A stretch of DNA of 64,000 nt from a virus (Duplodnaviria > Heunggongvirae > Uroviricota > Caudoviricetes): IMG/VR virus record IMGVR_UViG_3300026512_000004, positions 20,653-84,652 of that record. One strand, given 5' to 3'. The position numbers were made by a program, and so were the translations under genes. Below are positions 10,301 through 17,570 of the stretch, one piece after another. The first letter of the stretch is position 1. Each line of letters opens with the position of its first letter. Under the pieces are notes generated by a model. It had not been told where the DNA came from. It made no database searches and saw only the letters and a program-made list of their open reading frames with translations.

Positions 10301-10535
10301 CGGAGGATGTGTTGTACATTTGTTCGTAGGTGAGGAGATACCCAGTGTTGAAGTAGTTAAGGAGTTAGTGAAATCAATCTGTTGGAATTTTAGATTGCCA
10401 TACTTCTCTATAACACCTACATTTTCAATATGTCCAATACATGGATATATACCTGGTAAACATGAGTTTTGTCCTTATCCCCATACGGAGAAACAGTTAG
10501 CTAAATGGGGTGTTGAAGTTGAAATCGATGAGTAG
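7335..10535 (+). CDS. nrdD: anaerobic ribonucleoside-triphosphate reductase (class III, NrdD) interrupted by two inteins
   Basis: N-terminal ATP-cone (VRKRKGTIVPFDRNRIQTAIEKA). Motifs shared with the T4/E. coli NrdD sequence as recalled from memory: HVHDL...CYCNGWDL, INMPRIAYLS, EATPAESCCYRLAKID, FTGGCVVHL. Likely start is the ATG at 7335 (SD AAAGGTG); the ORF track starts at GTG 7326. Confidence 0.8.
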   Translation: MERFVRKRKGTIVPFDRNRIQTAIEKAFNATGIKDDRTVAKATDIVVDKLERDFFRYGSIPHVEQIQDIVENTLMTLGCTEVAKAYILYREKRRQIRELRDAEVDAISLIDDYLQQVDWRVRENSNMTYSLQGLNFHISSSIVARYWLHRIYPERVRLAHINGDVHVHDLNSLSCYCNGWDLYDLLLRGFGGVHGKVESKPPKHFRTALGQLVNFMYTLQGECYSADTQVLTESGWKYFWNVSINDRIYTLNPETRQIELQKPIKLYEFNYDGELYHFEGDGFDLLVTPNHNMLVCDDSRRLTFIKAHEFGHEHSILCCTNGEIDKQSYSKASIIEKVPYKGKVYCLEVPNHTLCVRRNGKICWCGNSAGAVAVSNIDTLLAPFIRYDGLNYEQVKQAIQEFIFNMNVPTRVGFQTPFTNTTHDLVPPPTLKDNAVIIGGEPQDATYGEFQEEMNMFNRAFFEVMAEGDAKGRPFSFPIPTINITRDFDFNNPNLDPLWEATRRFGTPYWANYVNSDMKPEDARSMCLAPSTCVMIKDDKDEIHVGRIYELYNKFAGCSIEVPYNGQWVPARFVKVPYKQPFYRVKLSNGISLDFTADHKHVTIDGIKLTTELQPGDCLAWSTEITPWNGQVGDFVYGYKLAKEKGCLKHWFKLSTDALVGFLTYILTENNGAYGTYDKNQALRVGYIANVFGYSYKIVRIKIRRENGEEKDFWVTRIYRNDRYVFEDKDRFGYVKIVSIEKIRNRSGKAYCFEVYTNDHLFELPCGLITHNCCRLRLDNRELRKRGGGLFASAPLTGSINVVTINMPRIAYLSHSEKDFFERLEQVMEIAKLCHEVKRKVLEDFTEKGLYPYSCVYLDTIKQRTGSYWSNHFSTIGIVGMHEACLNFLGKPIYDPEAKKWCIKVLEFMREKILEFQEETGNLYNLEATPAESCCYRLAKIDKKKYPGIITSGTEEAPYYTNSVHLPVGYTDDIFEILEHQDDLMVLFTGGCVVHLFVGEEIPSVEVVKELVKSICWNFRLPYFSITPTFSICPIHGYIPGKHEFCPYPHTEKQLAKWGVEVEIDE
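8001..8435 (+). mobile_element. mini-intein 1 inside nrdD (about 145 aa)
   Basis: Block A CYSADTQVL directly after extein YTLQGE; block B LLVTPNHNML; block F VYCLEVPNHTLCVRRNG; C-terminal boundary ambiguous (...KICWCGN/S at 8433-8435 or ...KICW/C at 8426), no canonical HN. Confidence 0.55.
8913..9650 (+). mobile_element. intein 2 inside nrdD (246 aa)
   Basis: Block A CLAPSTCVMIKDD; block B ISLDFTADHKHVT; blocks F/G YCFEVYTNDHLFELPCGLITHN followed by +1 Cys (CCRLRL); possible degenerate endonuclease insert (LVGFLTYILTENNGAYG). Confidence 0.7.
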
Positions 10536-10600
10536 TTTCATCAGGGAACACTTTGTATAATTGTTTGATACTTGTTTAAAGACAGCGGAGGTATAGATAT

Positions 10601-10759
10601 ATGTCAAAGAGACGTGTCAAATTGATACCATGCGAGGTATACAGTAGAGTGGTTGGATACTACAGACCAGTATCACATTGGAACACTGGTAAACAGCAGG
10701 AATTTAAGGAAAGGAAGACTGTGAAATTAAGCACGTATAAGAAAATCGGAGTAAGCTAG
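10601..10759 (+). CDS. stand-alone glycyl-radical domain peptide of NrdD (52 aa)
   Basis: MSKRRVKLIPCEVYSRVVGYYRPVSHWNTGKQQEFKERKTV matches the NrdD C-terminal RxxGYxxxxxxxNxGKxxExxxR glycyl-radical motif; own SD GCGGAGGT 8 nt upstream; different frame from nrdD, which stops at 10535; below the ORF-track size cut-off. Confidence 0.65.
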   Translation: MSKRRVKLIPCEVYSRVVGYYRPVSHWNTGKQQEFKERKTVKLSTYKKIGVS

Positions 10760-10772
10760 TCATGAAAATCCG

Positions 10773-10792
10773 GGTCCATCTGGGCCCGGGTA
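10773..10792 (+). other. GC-rich hairpin CCGGGTCCATCTGGGCCCGG
   Basis: Imperfect inverted repeat after the nrdD glycyl-radical ORF; related to the hairpin at 3129; no T-run. Confidence 0.3.
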
Positions 10793-10816
10793 TCATCTAG
10801 TTGCGAGGCTAAGCTT

Positions 10817-11815
10817 ATGATTACAGCTCAAGACGTTGCATGGTTTGAAAAGTACCGTCCAAACACCATAGACGATATGTTATTCGAATCCGAGGAACAA
10901 GAACGATTATGCCGTAATATAATAGAACAGGGACCTAAAGGCAACATATTACTGTACGGACCACCTGGTACGGGTAAAACTACTTTTGCACGCATAATTA
11001 TCAGAACCTTTATTAAGTCTGAACATGACATATTTAAATGCTCCAAAAGGTCAGTAACAGAGATTGACGAGGTTATAAAATGGATACCACGTGTACCTTT
11101 TCAATCCCCCTTCAAAATTGTATACATCGAGGAAATTGATAAACTCAGTAGAGAAGCACAGACAACACTTAAAGATGGTGCAATGGAACGTAACATTGTA
11201 CACACAAAGTTTATTGCTACTACTAACTGGGTGGAGAAGTTAGATGTTGCCTTAGTATCTCGTTTTGATACAAAACTACATTTCAGTGGTAAATACGATA
11301 AAGCGAAACTGAAAGTATTCCTTGGGAAGGTTCTACAGAACGAAAATGCTAAATATGATGAACAGAAACTAGAGGAGTTTATCAGTCGTCTTGGTGAAAA
11401 AGTTGACATGCGTTCCTTATTATCCAACTTGCAGATAGCGTATATTAAAGGTAATGGTAGTATCAATTTCGATGAGATACAGGCTGTAACTTGCTTAGAA
11501 GACGATGTAGTTAATTTAATACTTAAGATAGTTAAAAAAGTTAGCGATTTACCCCACAGTGATAGATACAGATGTTGTTTATATCCCATGTCATCTCCAA
11601 TAATGAATGAGTATTCTGAACTGGTAACAAGACTTAGCGAGAATCTGCAATACGAGACTATTTTCAGTGAACTGTATGACAGATTAACTTTGTTCCCATT
11701 GAAAGTCATAGTTGGTAAATACCAAAATGATATGTACAACAAACGACATTTAGACTTGCATCTGTTGGCATGTTTATACGAGTTATTAAGATGTTTGACA
11801 AGTTTGTTCGAATAA
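10817..11815 (+). CDS. clamp-loader AAA+ ATPase (RFC small subunit / T4 gp44-like)
   Basis: LLYGPPGTGKTTFAR Walker A; IVYIEEIDKLSREAQTTL RFC-box-like Walker B/sensor; VSRFD SRC-like motif. Confidence 0.7.
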   Translation: MITAQDVAWFEKYRPNTIDDMLFESEEQERLCRNIIEQGPKGNILLYGPPGTGKTTFARIIIRTFIKSEHDIFKCSKRSVTEIDEVIKWIPRVPFQSPFKIVYIEEIDKLSREAQTTLKDGAMERNIVHTKFIATTNWVEKLDVALVSRFDTKLHFSGKYDKAKLKVFLGKVLQNENAKYDEQKLEEFISRLGEKVDMRSLLSNLQIAYIKGNGSINFDEIQAVTCLEDDVVNLILKIVKKVSDLPHSDRYRCCLYPMSSPIMNEYSELVTRLSENLQYETIFSELYDRLTLFPLKVIVGKYQNDMYNKRHLDLHLLACLYELLRCLTSLFE

Positions 11816-11835
11816 TTTTGAAGTAGGTTGTTGAG

Positions 11836-12285
11836 ATGAATAATGAAGTCTTGCTTATATATTACCGTGATACTTATGCGAGGTACAACTGTTCCCATGT
11901 ATCACAAGTTGGTTTTCTGATACTAAGTGATAAGGTATATCAAATAAATCCGAATATTGTTCATGTACTTAGTAAACTTAGTCCTTTCAGCTCTGTTATA
12001 GAACCTGCTAATATAACTTATGGATACCACAACGGTGGAGATTCTTGTGCAATTAAGTTTAGACCGACTAATGTACACGATTTCGTAAAGTGGTGTCTTA
12101 GTGTAAGATCAAGTGAATTATCAACATATAAAGGTATTGCTGGCGAAACAAAGTCTTTCAAAGATTTACTGAACAAAATGTTGAAGAGTAAATTTGCCGA
12201 TTTTCACCTACAAGTATTACGTTTTGTACCAGACTTATTTGATAATCCGGATGTGAAGAAAACAATTATTAAGAGAAAATTATAA
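11836..12285 (+). CDS. hypothetical protein (clamp-loader small subunit position)
   Basis: 149 aa immediately downstream of clamp loader, as gp62 follows gp44 in T4; no motif. Confidence 0.3.
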   Translation: MNNEVLLIYYRDTYARYNCSHVSQVGFLILSDKVYQINPNIVHVLSKLSPFSSVIEPANITYGYHNGGDSCAIKFRPTNVHDFVKWCLSVRSSELSTYKGIAGETKSFKDLLNKMLKSKFADFHLQVLRFVPDLFDNPDVKKTIIKRKL

Positions 12286-12320
12286 TTTAAACACAAATCT
12301 TACCTTTCAAAGAACTGACT

Positions 12321-14069
12321 ATGGCAATTAAAGTTTTAGAAGCAATACAGCAAATCCAATTACACCCTGCAATGTGGATTGATGCTTACACACCAGAAGG
12401 TGTCATCCGTGAAGTAGTTGAAAACGCTGCCGATGAATTACTTAACCGTTATGGCGATAAGTTATATGTATATATACAGCCTTATGAAGATACTATACGA
12501 GTAACCGTTGCAGACAATGGACGTGGTATTCCTATCACTAAAGTTAAACTACCTAACAGTGATAAGGAAATTGACAGTGTCATAGCTATTTGTTGTCATT
12601 TGTTCTCTGGAGAGAAGTTCGACAAGGACACTTATCAACATTCCACGGGATTACACGGTGTTGGATTAGTTGTTGTAAATGCTTTATCACGTAAAATGAC
12701 TGTACAGGTTAAGAAAGGTGATAAATTATATCAGTACTACTTTGAAAAAGGACGTCTCATTGATAGAATTGTCGTTAGCGCAAAAGAAACTCATCCTTCT
12801 ACTCTAGTTTCTTTTATACCAGATCCCCAATACTTCGGGCAGGTGCCGCAGGAAGTAGATGCTTATGAACGCATCTACGACTTACTTAAACTGTTATCTA
12901 CTTACGGTTTCGATATCAGATTAAATGACCAGCAAATTAAATATACGTTACAGGAATTTTTGGCAGAAAAATTACCGGGCATAGAATTCACTGAATTTAA
13001 GTTTAGTACACGTGAATATACTTGTGAATATTACTTCTCTATCAGTGAAGATCCTGTAGAATATGTACACGGATACGTTAATTTACATAAATGTGGCGGT
13101 GAACACATCAAAGCGTTTAGAAGTGCTGTTGCTTCTGTTTGTAGTAAGATAACTGGATTATCTAGATACATCTTTGAACAGAGAGTACCGTTTGTTGGAT
13201 TTGTTTGGGCAAAAAGACCTAAGTTTGAATCACAGGCTAAAATTAACTTCGTAAACTCAGATTTTCAAAGTACGTTAAACAAAAAGATAGATATACTGAG
13301 TAAAGTAATTGAGAACAATTTCGGAAAAGTATTAGATGCAATAAAGGAGAAATATACCGCATCTAAATTAAGTAGACAAATTAAGAAGACAATCTCCGCT
13401 GATAACCCTTTGAAAGATTGCAGATTCCCTGATAAAGGTATATTGTATATCCTAGAGGGTGAATCTGCAGGTAGCGGATTTGCTCAGGTGAGAAATAAAG
13501 ATTATGAAGCTGTTATGATGTTAGGTGGTAAAGTTACTAACGTTTGGAAAGATCCTGATGCTGTTTTCAAGAAAGGTGGTGAAGTCAAAAAAGAATTAAA
13601 ATGGTTACTGGAGGCAGTAGGATGGACGCCTAAAGGAAAACCGAGATGGAGATATAAAGAGATTAAGATATTAACAGATCCGGATCCAGATGGTCAACAC
13701 ATCACAGTATTAGTTGTTCTGATATTGTACGAATATTGCAGACAACTGATAGAGGAAAAACGTGTTAAAATAATATTGACGCCAATCTATCTAGGCGTTA
13801 AAGGCAAGAATTATGTACCAATTTATCGGGTACAAGACAGAAATAAATTTTCCAAAGTGATAAGAATAAAGGGTCTGGCACAAATACCACCTAAAATACT
13901 GAGGGAAATATTAAATAATCCGTTAGAGTTTACGATTGGAATTCCAGAACATATTGAAGAGTTAAAAGCAATCCTACTTTCAAACGTGAAGACTGCGTTA
14001 TTGGAGAAAGAAACACTGGGGTTTATTTCCTTGTTAGAAAGTATTGTTGGTAACCGTAAAAACAGTTAG
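12321..14069 (+). CDS. type II DNA topoisomerase large subunit (GyrB-like ATPase + Toprim, T4 gp39/gp60-like)
   Basis: GHKL ATPase motifs (GLHGVGLVVVNALS, ADNGRGIP); Toprim EGESAGSG and DPDPDGQHI. Confidence 0.8.
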   Translation: MAIKVLEAIQQIQLHPAMWIDAYTPEGVIREVVENAADELLNRYGDKLYVYIQPYEDTIRVTVADNGRGIPITKVKLPNSDKEIDSVIAICCHLFSGEKFDKDTYQHSTGLHGVGLVVVNALSRKMTVQVKKGDKLYQYYFEKGRLIDRIVVSAKETHPSTLVSFIPDPQYFGQVPQEVDAYERIYDLLKLLSTYGFDIRLNDQQIKYTLQEFLAEKLPGIEFTEFKFSTREYTCEYYFSISEDPVEYVHGYVNLHKCGGEHIKAFRSAVASVCSKITGLSRYIFEQRVPFVGFVWAKRPKFESQAKINFVNSDFQSTLNKKIDILSKVIENNFGKVLDAIKEKYTASKLSRQIKKTISADNPLKDCRFPDKGILYILEGESAGSGFAQVRNKDYEAVMMLGGKVTNVWKDPDAVFKKGGEVKKELKWLLEAVGWTPKGKPRWRYKEIKILTDPDPDGQHITVLVVLILYEYCRQLIEEKRVKIILTPIYLGVKGKNYVPIYRVQDRNKFSKVIRIKGLAQIPPKILREILNNPLEFTIGIPEHIEELKAILLSNVKTALLEKETLGFISLLESIVGNRKNS

Positions 14070-14132
14070 GTCAGAACTACAGATATTTAACTCTGATCTG
14101 TAGATAAAAACTAACTTAAAGGAGGTTGGCGC

Positions 14133-14441
14133 ATGGATGCCGTAGTTAAACCCAAAAGATCCCCTTCTAAACCACTTACACAGGAAGAGATAATTGCGAT
14201 AATTGGATTGGCTAAAAAGGGATTTACAAATGCCGAAATAGCAGCCAAAGTAGGTTGTACAAAAGCGCAGGTGCAGAGAGTTATATACGATTACAAAAAG
14301 ATTTGCAAAGAGAAAGGTATACCACATGGAATACCTGAAAGGAAGGCTACTAAGAACGGTTCTGTAATTAAGAGCACACTTAGTCAGATTGCTAATGGTT
14401 CTGTCAATTTGGACGACGTTCTCAAAAAGTTCGGACTTTAA
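14133..14441 (+). CDS. small helix-turn-helix DNA-binding protein
   Basis: GFTNAEIAAKVGCTKAQVQRVIYD HTH; strong SD AAAGGAGGT; 8-bp hairpin upstream (14078-14104). Confidence 0.5.
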   Translation: MDAVVKPKRSPSKPLTQEEIIAIIGLAKKGFTNAEIAAKVGCTKAQVQRVIYDYKKICKEKGIPHGIPERKATKNGSVIKSTLSQIANGSVNLDDVLKKFGL

Positions 14442-14452
14442 ACCTTTGCAGG

Positions 14453-14499
14453 TGCGGGCTGTAGAACTCTAGGTATGGCCCGCGCCGACTTCTCTTTTT
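14453..14499 (+). terminator. rho-independent terminator candidate
   Basis: GTGCGGGC...GCCCGCGC stem with nested TAGA/TCTA, followed by TTCTCTTTTTG. Confidence 0.45.
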
Positions 14500-14526
14500 G
14501 CAAACGTGTCAAGAAAGGGGGCTTAT

Positions 14527-15216
14527 ATGCAACTTGAGGATGTGGTCCAGTTTATACCTAAAACTATTCAAGGAGAGGGTAAACGTGCTGGACATATTTG
14601 CACACTTTTACGGTTCAAGAAGTGTTTACGTTCCTGTCCATTTTGCGACACCACAGAGTTAATGAAACAGGAATGTTTACCCATCACTATTGACCGGGTT
14701 GCTGATGCAGTCAAGGATACGCATATGTTATTGATAACAGGTGGTGAACCATTAATCTACTTACCACAAATAGCACTATTAGTTCAGTATATTTCAATTT
14801 CACATTCAATTAAGGTTGATTTAGAAACTGCTGGACCGAAGAACAATAAAGCAGGTAAACTCAGTCTAACACAAATACACAAGTATTTACGTATTATAAA
14901 TCAGAACACAGATTTAAATATTGTATTTAGTCCAAAAATATTTAACGATAGAGACCTATGTGAAGCGTGTGATTTTCTACGTATCATTAAAGACTTCAAA
15001 TTTACCGTAAAAGTACTTGTGCCATTTACCAGTGACCATGTGAAGTATTTCTTGTATCATTATAAGACTATGTATTCAGAAGAAAATTTATACTTTATGC
15101 CCATGGGTCAAACGAAAGAAGAACTGGAGAAGAATATACCCGCCACATTAGAAACTGTTTACGAATATGGTGGCAATTTTACGCATAGACTACATTTACT
15201 AACTAATATGCCCTAA
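14527..15216 (+). CDS. queE: 7-carboxy-7-deazaguanine synthase (QueE-like radical SAM)
   Basis: IPKTIQGEGKRAGHICTLLRFKKCLRSCPFCDT closely parallels E. coli QueE FQTLQGEG...GCPVGCAWCDT; ITGGEPL motif; ATG 14527 preferred (SD AAAGGGGG) over GTG 14506. Confidence 0.75.
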   Translation: MQLEDVVQFIPKTIQGEGKRAGHICTLLRFKKCLRSCPFCDTTELMKQECLPITIDRVADAVKDTHMLLITGGEPLIYLPQIALLVQYISISHSIKVDLETAGPKNNKAGKLSLTQIHKYLRIINQNTDLNIVFSPKIFNDRDLCEACDFLRIIKDFKFTVKVLVPFTSDHVKYFLYHYKTMYSEENLYFMPMGQTKEELEKNIPATLETVYEYGGNFTHRLHLLTNMP

Positions 15217-15217
15217 A

Positions 15218-16513
15218 ATGAAGGCTATAAAACGTAAGAAACAGTCTGCTAGAACATACGAACTTCTACGACAAGTTACACAATATCTCACACGTCCCAA
15301 TTTACGCGAACGTCTTGATAATGTATTAGCAATAAATAAAGAACTAAAATTTGTAACACATAAACGTATTTGGTTGTATTTTCTGAAACGACCACAAATT
15401 ATCAAATGGGTTAACGAGTACATTAATGACAAGTATATTCATTATCAGCCAACAGAGGCATTAAAGACAGCTGCTTTTGTATGCGATCAACATAGACTAA
15501 CAAGCAACGATTTACATTATGCTCGCACACCAGAAATAGATGACACGATAGAAGAATTAAGACTACAGTTGACATCCGGACTTGAACTGAGGAACTCCTC
15601 TGATTTTTCAACGTTACAGTATTTACTCAATAATGTTGTCAAAGTTAAAACATTAGAGGAATTTATACAAGAAATACTACAAGATGTGGAAAATTGCAGG
15701 TCTAAATGTCCACTTGGCCAATTACAACGTCCCGTTGTTGTGTTAGATGGCAATATTGAATATGTTGGACCTGTAGATGTGATGTTTATTGGCTTGAATC
15801 CTGGTACTGAAGAGGCTAAACAGGGTAAACCGTTTGTTGGTCTTACCGGTATTAAACTGCGTGAATTTGTGGAAAATAACTTAGGTCATTTGAAGTACAT
15901 TTTTACTAATTGTATCTTGTGTTCTACAAGGAATGAAAGCGAAATCCCGGAGATACAGAAAGTAATAACACTATGTAGACAACATGTTACTAAGATTGTC
16001 CAAACATTTCAACCAAAGATAATCGTATTAGTTGGCGATAAAGCGTGTTCATCTTTTGGTATCACTGGTAAAATAAGTCAGATATCTGGAACTCTTATTA
16101 ATGATAAATACTTTCCATTGATACACCCTTCTGCTGTATCTAGGAACCCTCATTGGAAAGATTTGTGGGAAAGAAGTCTGGATAACTTGTTAATGGTTTT
16201 GGGTATTGAGAAAAAGAACAAGGTAGAGATTAAAGGCGGCAGTACAGTTACTTGGGATGATGTACGTGAAATGCAGTTAACCTTGTTCGACCTAAAGATA
16301 TTAGAAGGTCAAACTGCTATTTACATATTCTTGGATAACGAGGGTAAAAAGTATTACTTAGTTGAAGAACCGAAGCACAGGATATATATTAAGCGTGGTG
16401 AATTGCCGTTTCTAGCCTTAGTTGAAGATGAGTTCGATCAGTATGTTGATTTAACACCACGAGAGAAACATTTTCTTGTTGCCGAACTAAGAAAACGTAT
16501 TGCGCAGATTTGA
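15218..16513 (+). CDS. UDG-superfamily (family-4-like, Fe-S) domain protein with N- and C-terminal extensions
   Basis: Residues about 160-330 align motif by motif with family-4 UDGs. Fe-S Cys motifs: CRSKCPL, NCILC, LCRQH, ACSSF. Motif A: VMFIGLNPGTEEAKQGKPFVGLTGIKL, versus GEGPGeeEdxxGrPFvGkaG. Motif B: FPLIHPSAVSRNP. The catalytic-motif residue is Asn (GLNPG), as in MUG/TDG. The start overlaps the queE stop. Confidence 0.7.
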   Translation: MKAIKRKKQSARTYELLRQVTQYLTRPNLRERLDNVLAINKELKFVTHKRIWLYFLKRPQIIKWVNEYINDKYIHYQPTEALKTAAFVCDQHRLTSNDLHYARTPEIDDTIEELRLQLTSGLELRNSSDFSTLQYLLNNVVKVKTLEEFIQEILQDVENCRSKCPLGQLQRPVVVLDGNIEYVGPVDVMFIGLNPGTEEAKQGKPFVGLTGIKLREFVENNLGHLKYIFTNCILCSTRNESEIPEIQKVITLCRQHVTKIVQTFQPKIIVLVGDKACSSFGITGKISQISGTLINDKYFPLIHPSAVSRNPHWKDLWERSLDNLLMVLGIEKKNKVEIKGGSTVTWDDVREMQLTLFDLKILEGQTAIYIFLDNEGKKYYLVEEPKHRIYIKRGELPFLALVEDEFDQYVDLTPREKHFLVAELRKRIAQI

Positions 16514-17291
16514 GAATATGCTTACACGTATTCTTGAACGATACAGTCAACTAGATTTATCTGAAAGTATACGAGACAGAATTCAGTGGTATTTAGGTGA
16601 TGAACGGGATCAAATTGTCACCGCCTTGGACGTCGTCGAAGTGGATATGAAACAGGCATTTCTGCATTTAATTAAGTTAGATCCTAATTTAAGTCGAAAA
16701 TACGCAAAACATATTCCACGTTGGGAACAATTGGATAAACAAGCTCGTAACATTGAAATTGGTAAAACATTGTCTAGTGATGATGTACAATATCTGAATT
16801 TTCTATCCAAAGTATCTGTATTGACTTATATCGATATAGTTTTTGAACATTACACACTATTGGAACTGAAAAAAGACGGTGCATTAGTAGTAGCGGAAAA
16901 GAGGGAGAAGTTGTTACATCACCCGCTTTGTGACCAATTAGAGTTCAGATGTACCGTTTACGACTTCTACACTAGAATTTACAAAACGAGTTACTATTGG
17001 AATGGTGAACTAATTATCAAAGGACAGTATAAAGGATTACCAATAGGTTTACGGAAGTTGTTAGTGTGGTTTCTTAAGGATAAGCAAGATAAGGTGTTAG
17101 AAACAGCAAGACGAGTTTACCATATTGAATTCATGAGAAAGTATAAAGACCAGGTTGCAAAGTGGTACATGTTTGAGAACGGTAAAGTGTTAGATATAAC
17201 AGGTAAATTAGGAGACAAATGTCATCCCTTAGCATACACCATATGGATATTCAATCCAGTAATTACTGAAATTGTAAAAGCGGGGGTGTAA
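16500..17291 (+). CDS. hypothetical protein
   Basis: 263 aa ORF overlapping upstream stop. Confidence 0.45.
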   Translation: MRRFENMLTRILERYSQLDLSESIRDRIQWYLGDERDQIVTALDVVEVDMKQAFLHLIKLDPNLSRKYAKHIPRWEQLDKQARNIEIGKTLSSDDVQYLNFLSKVSVLTYIDIVFEHYTLLELKKDGALVVAEKREKLLHHPLCDQLEFRCTVYDFYTRIYKTSYYWNGELIIKGQYKGLPIGLRKLLVWFLKDKQDKVLETARRVYHIEFMRKYKDQVAKWYMFENGKVLDITGKLGDKCHPLAYTIWIFNPVITEIVKAGV

Positions 17292-17294
17292 ACA

Positions 17295-17570
17295 ATGCAA
17301 ACTTTAAACGGACCACAACAAATCAAGATTGACATTTCACAACTTGAAGATGTTAAATGTAAAAGATGTGGTGGCACTCTATTTGTACCAGTATTTCTAA
17401 TTAAACGTATATCACCTTTGTTGTCACCTACAGGACGTGAGGAGTTTATTACAATACCAGCTAGTTTAGCATGTTTACGTTGTGGAGAAGTATTACATGT
17501 GGACCCGAATAGCCAAGAAGGATCTGGACAAACTGTTGATACGTCATCCACGGTTGGAAAAGCTGATTAA
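17295..17570 (+). CDS. zinc-ribbon protein
   Basis: CKRCGG...CLRCGE two CxxC pairs. Confidence 0.4.
   Translation: MQTLNGPQQIKIDISQLEDVKCKRCGGTLFVPVFLIKRISPLLSPTGREEFITIPASLACLRCGEVLHVDPNSQEGSGQTVDTSSTVGKAD

Noticed and set aside
10536-10816. Search for tRNA genes in the non-coding gaps (also 27541-27770, 32475-32688, 44442-44585)
   Set aside because: No cloverleaf with a GTTCRANYC T-loop and matching acceptor stem was found. The region instead contains the small glycyl-radical ORF.
11101-11898. 265-aa - strand ORF antisense to the clamp-loader gene
   Set aside because: The + frame carries unambiguous AAA+/RFC motifs. The antisense ORF has low-complexity composition and no RBS.
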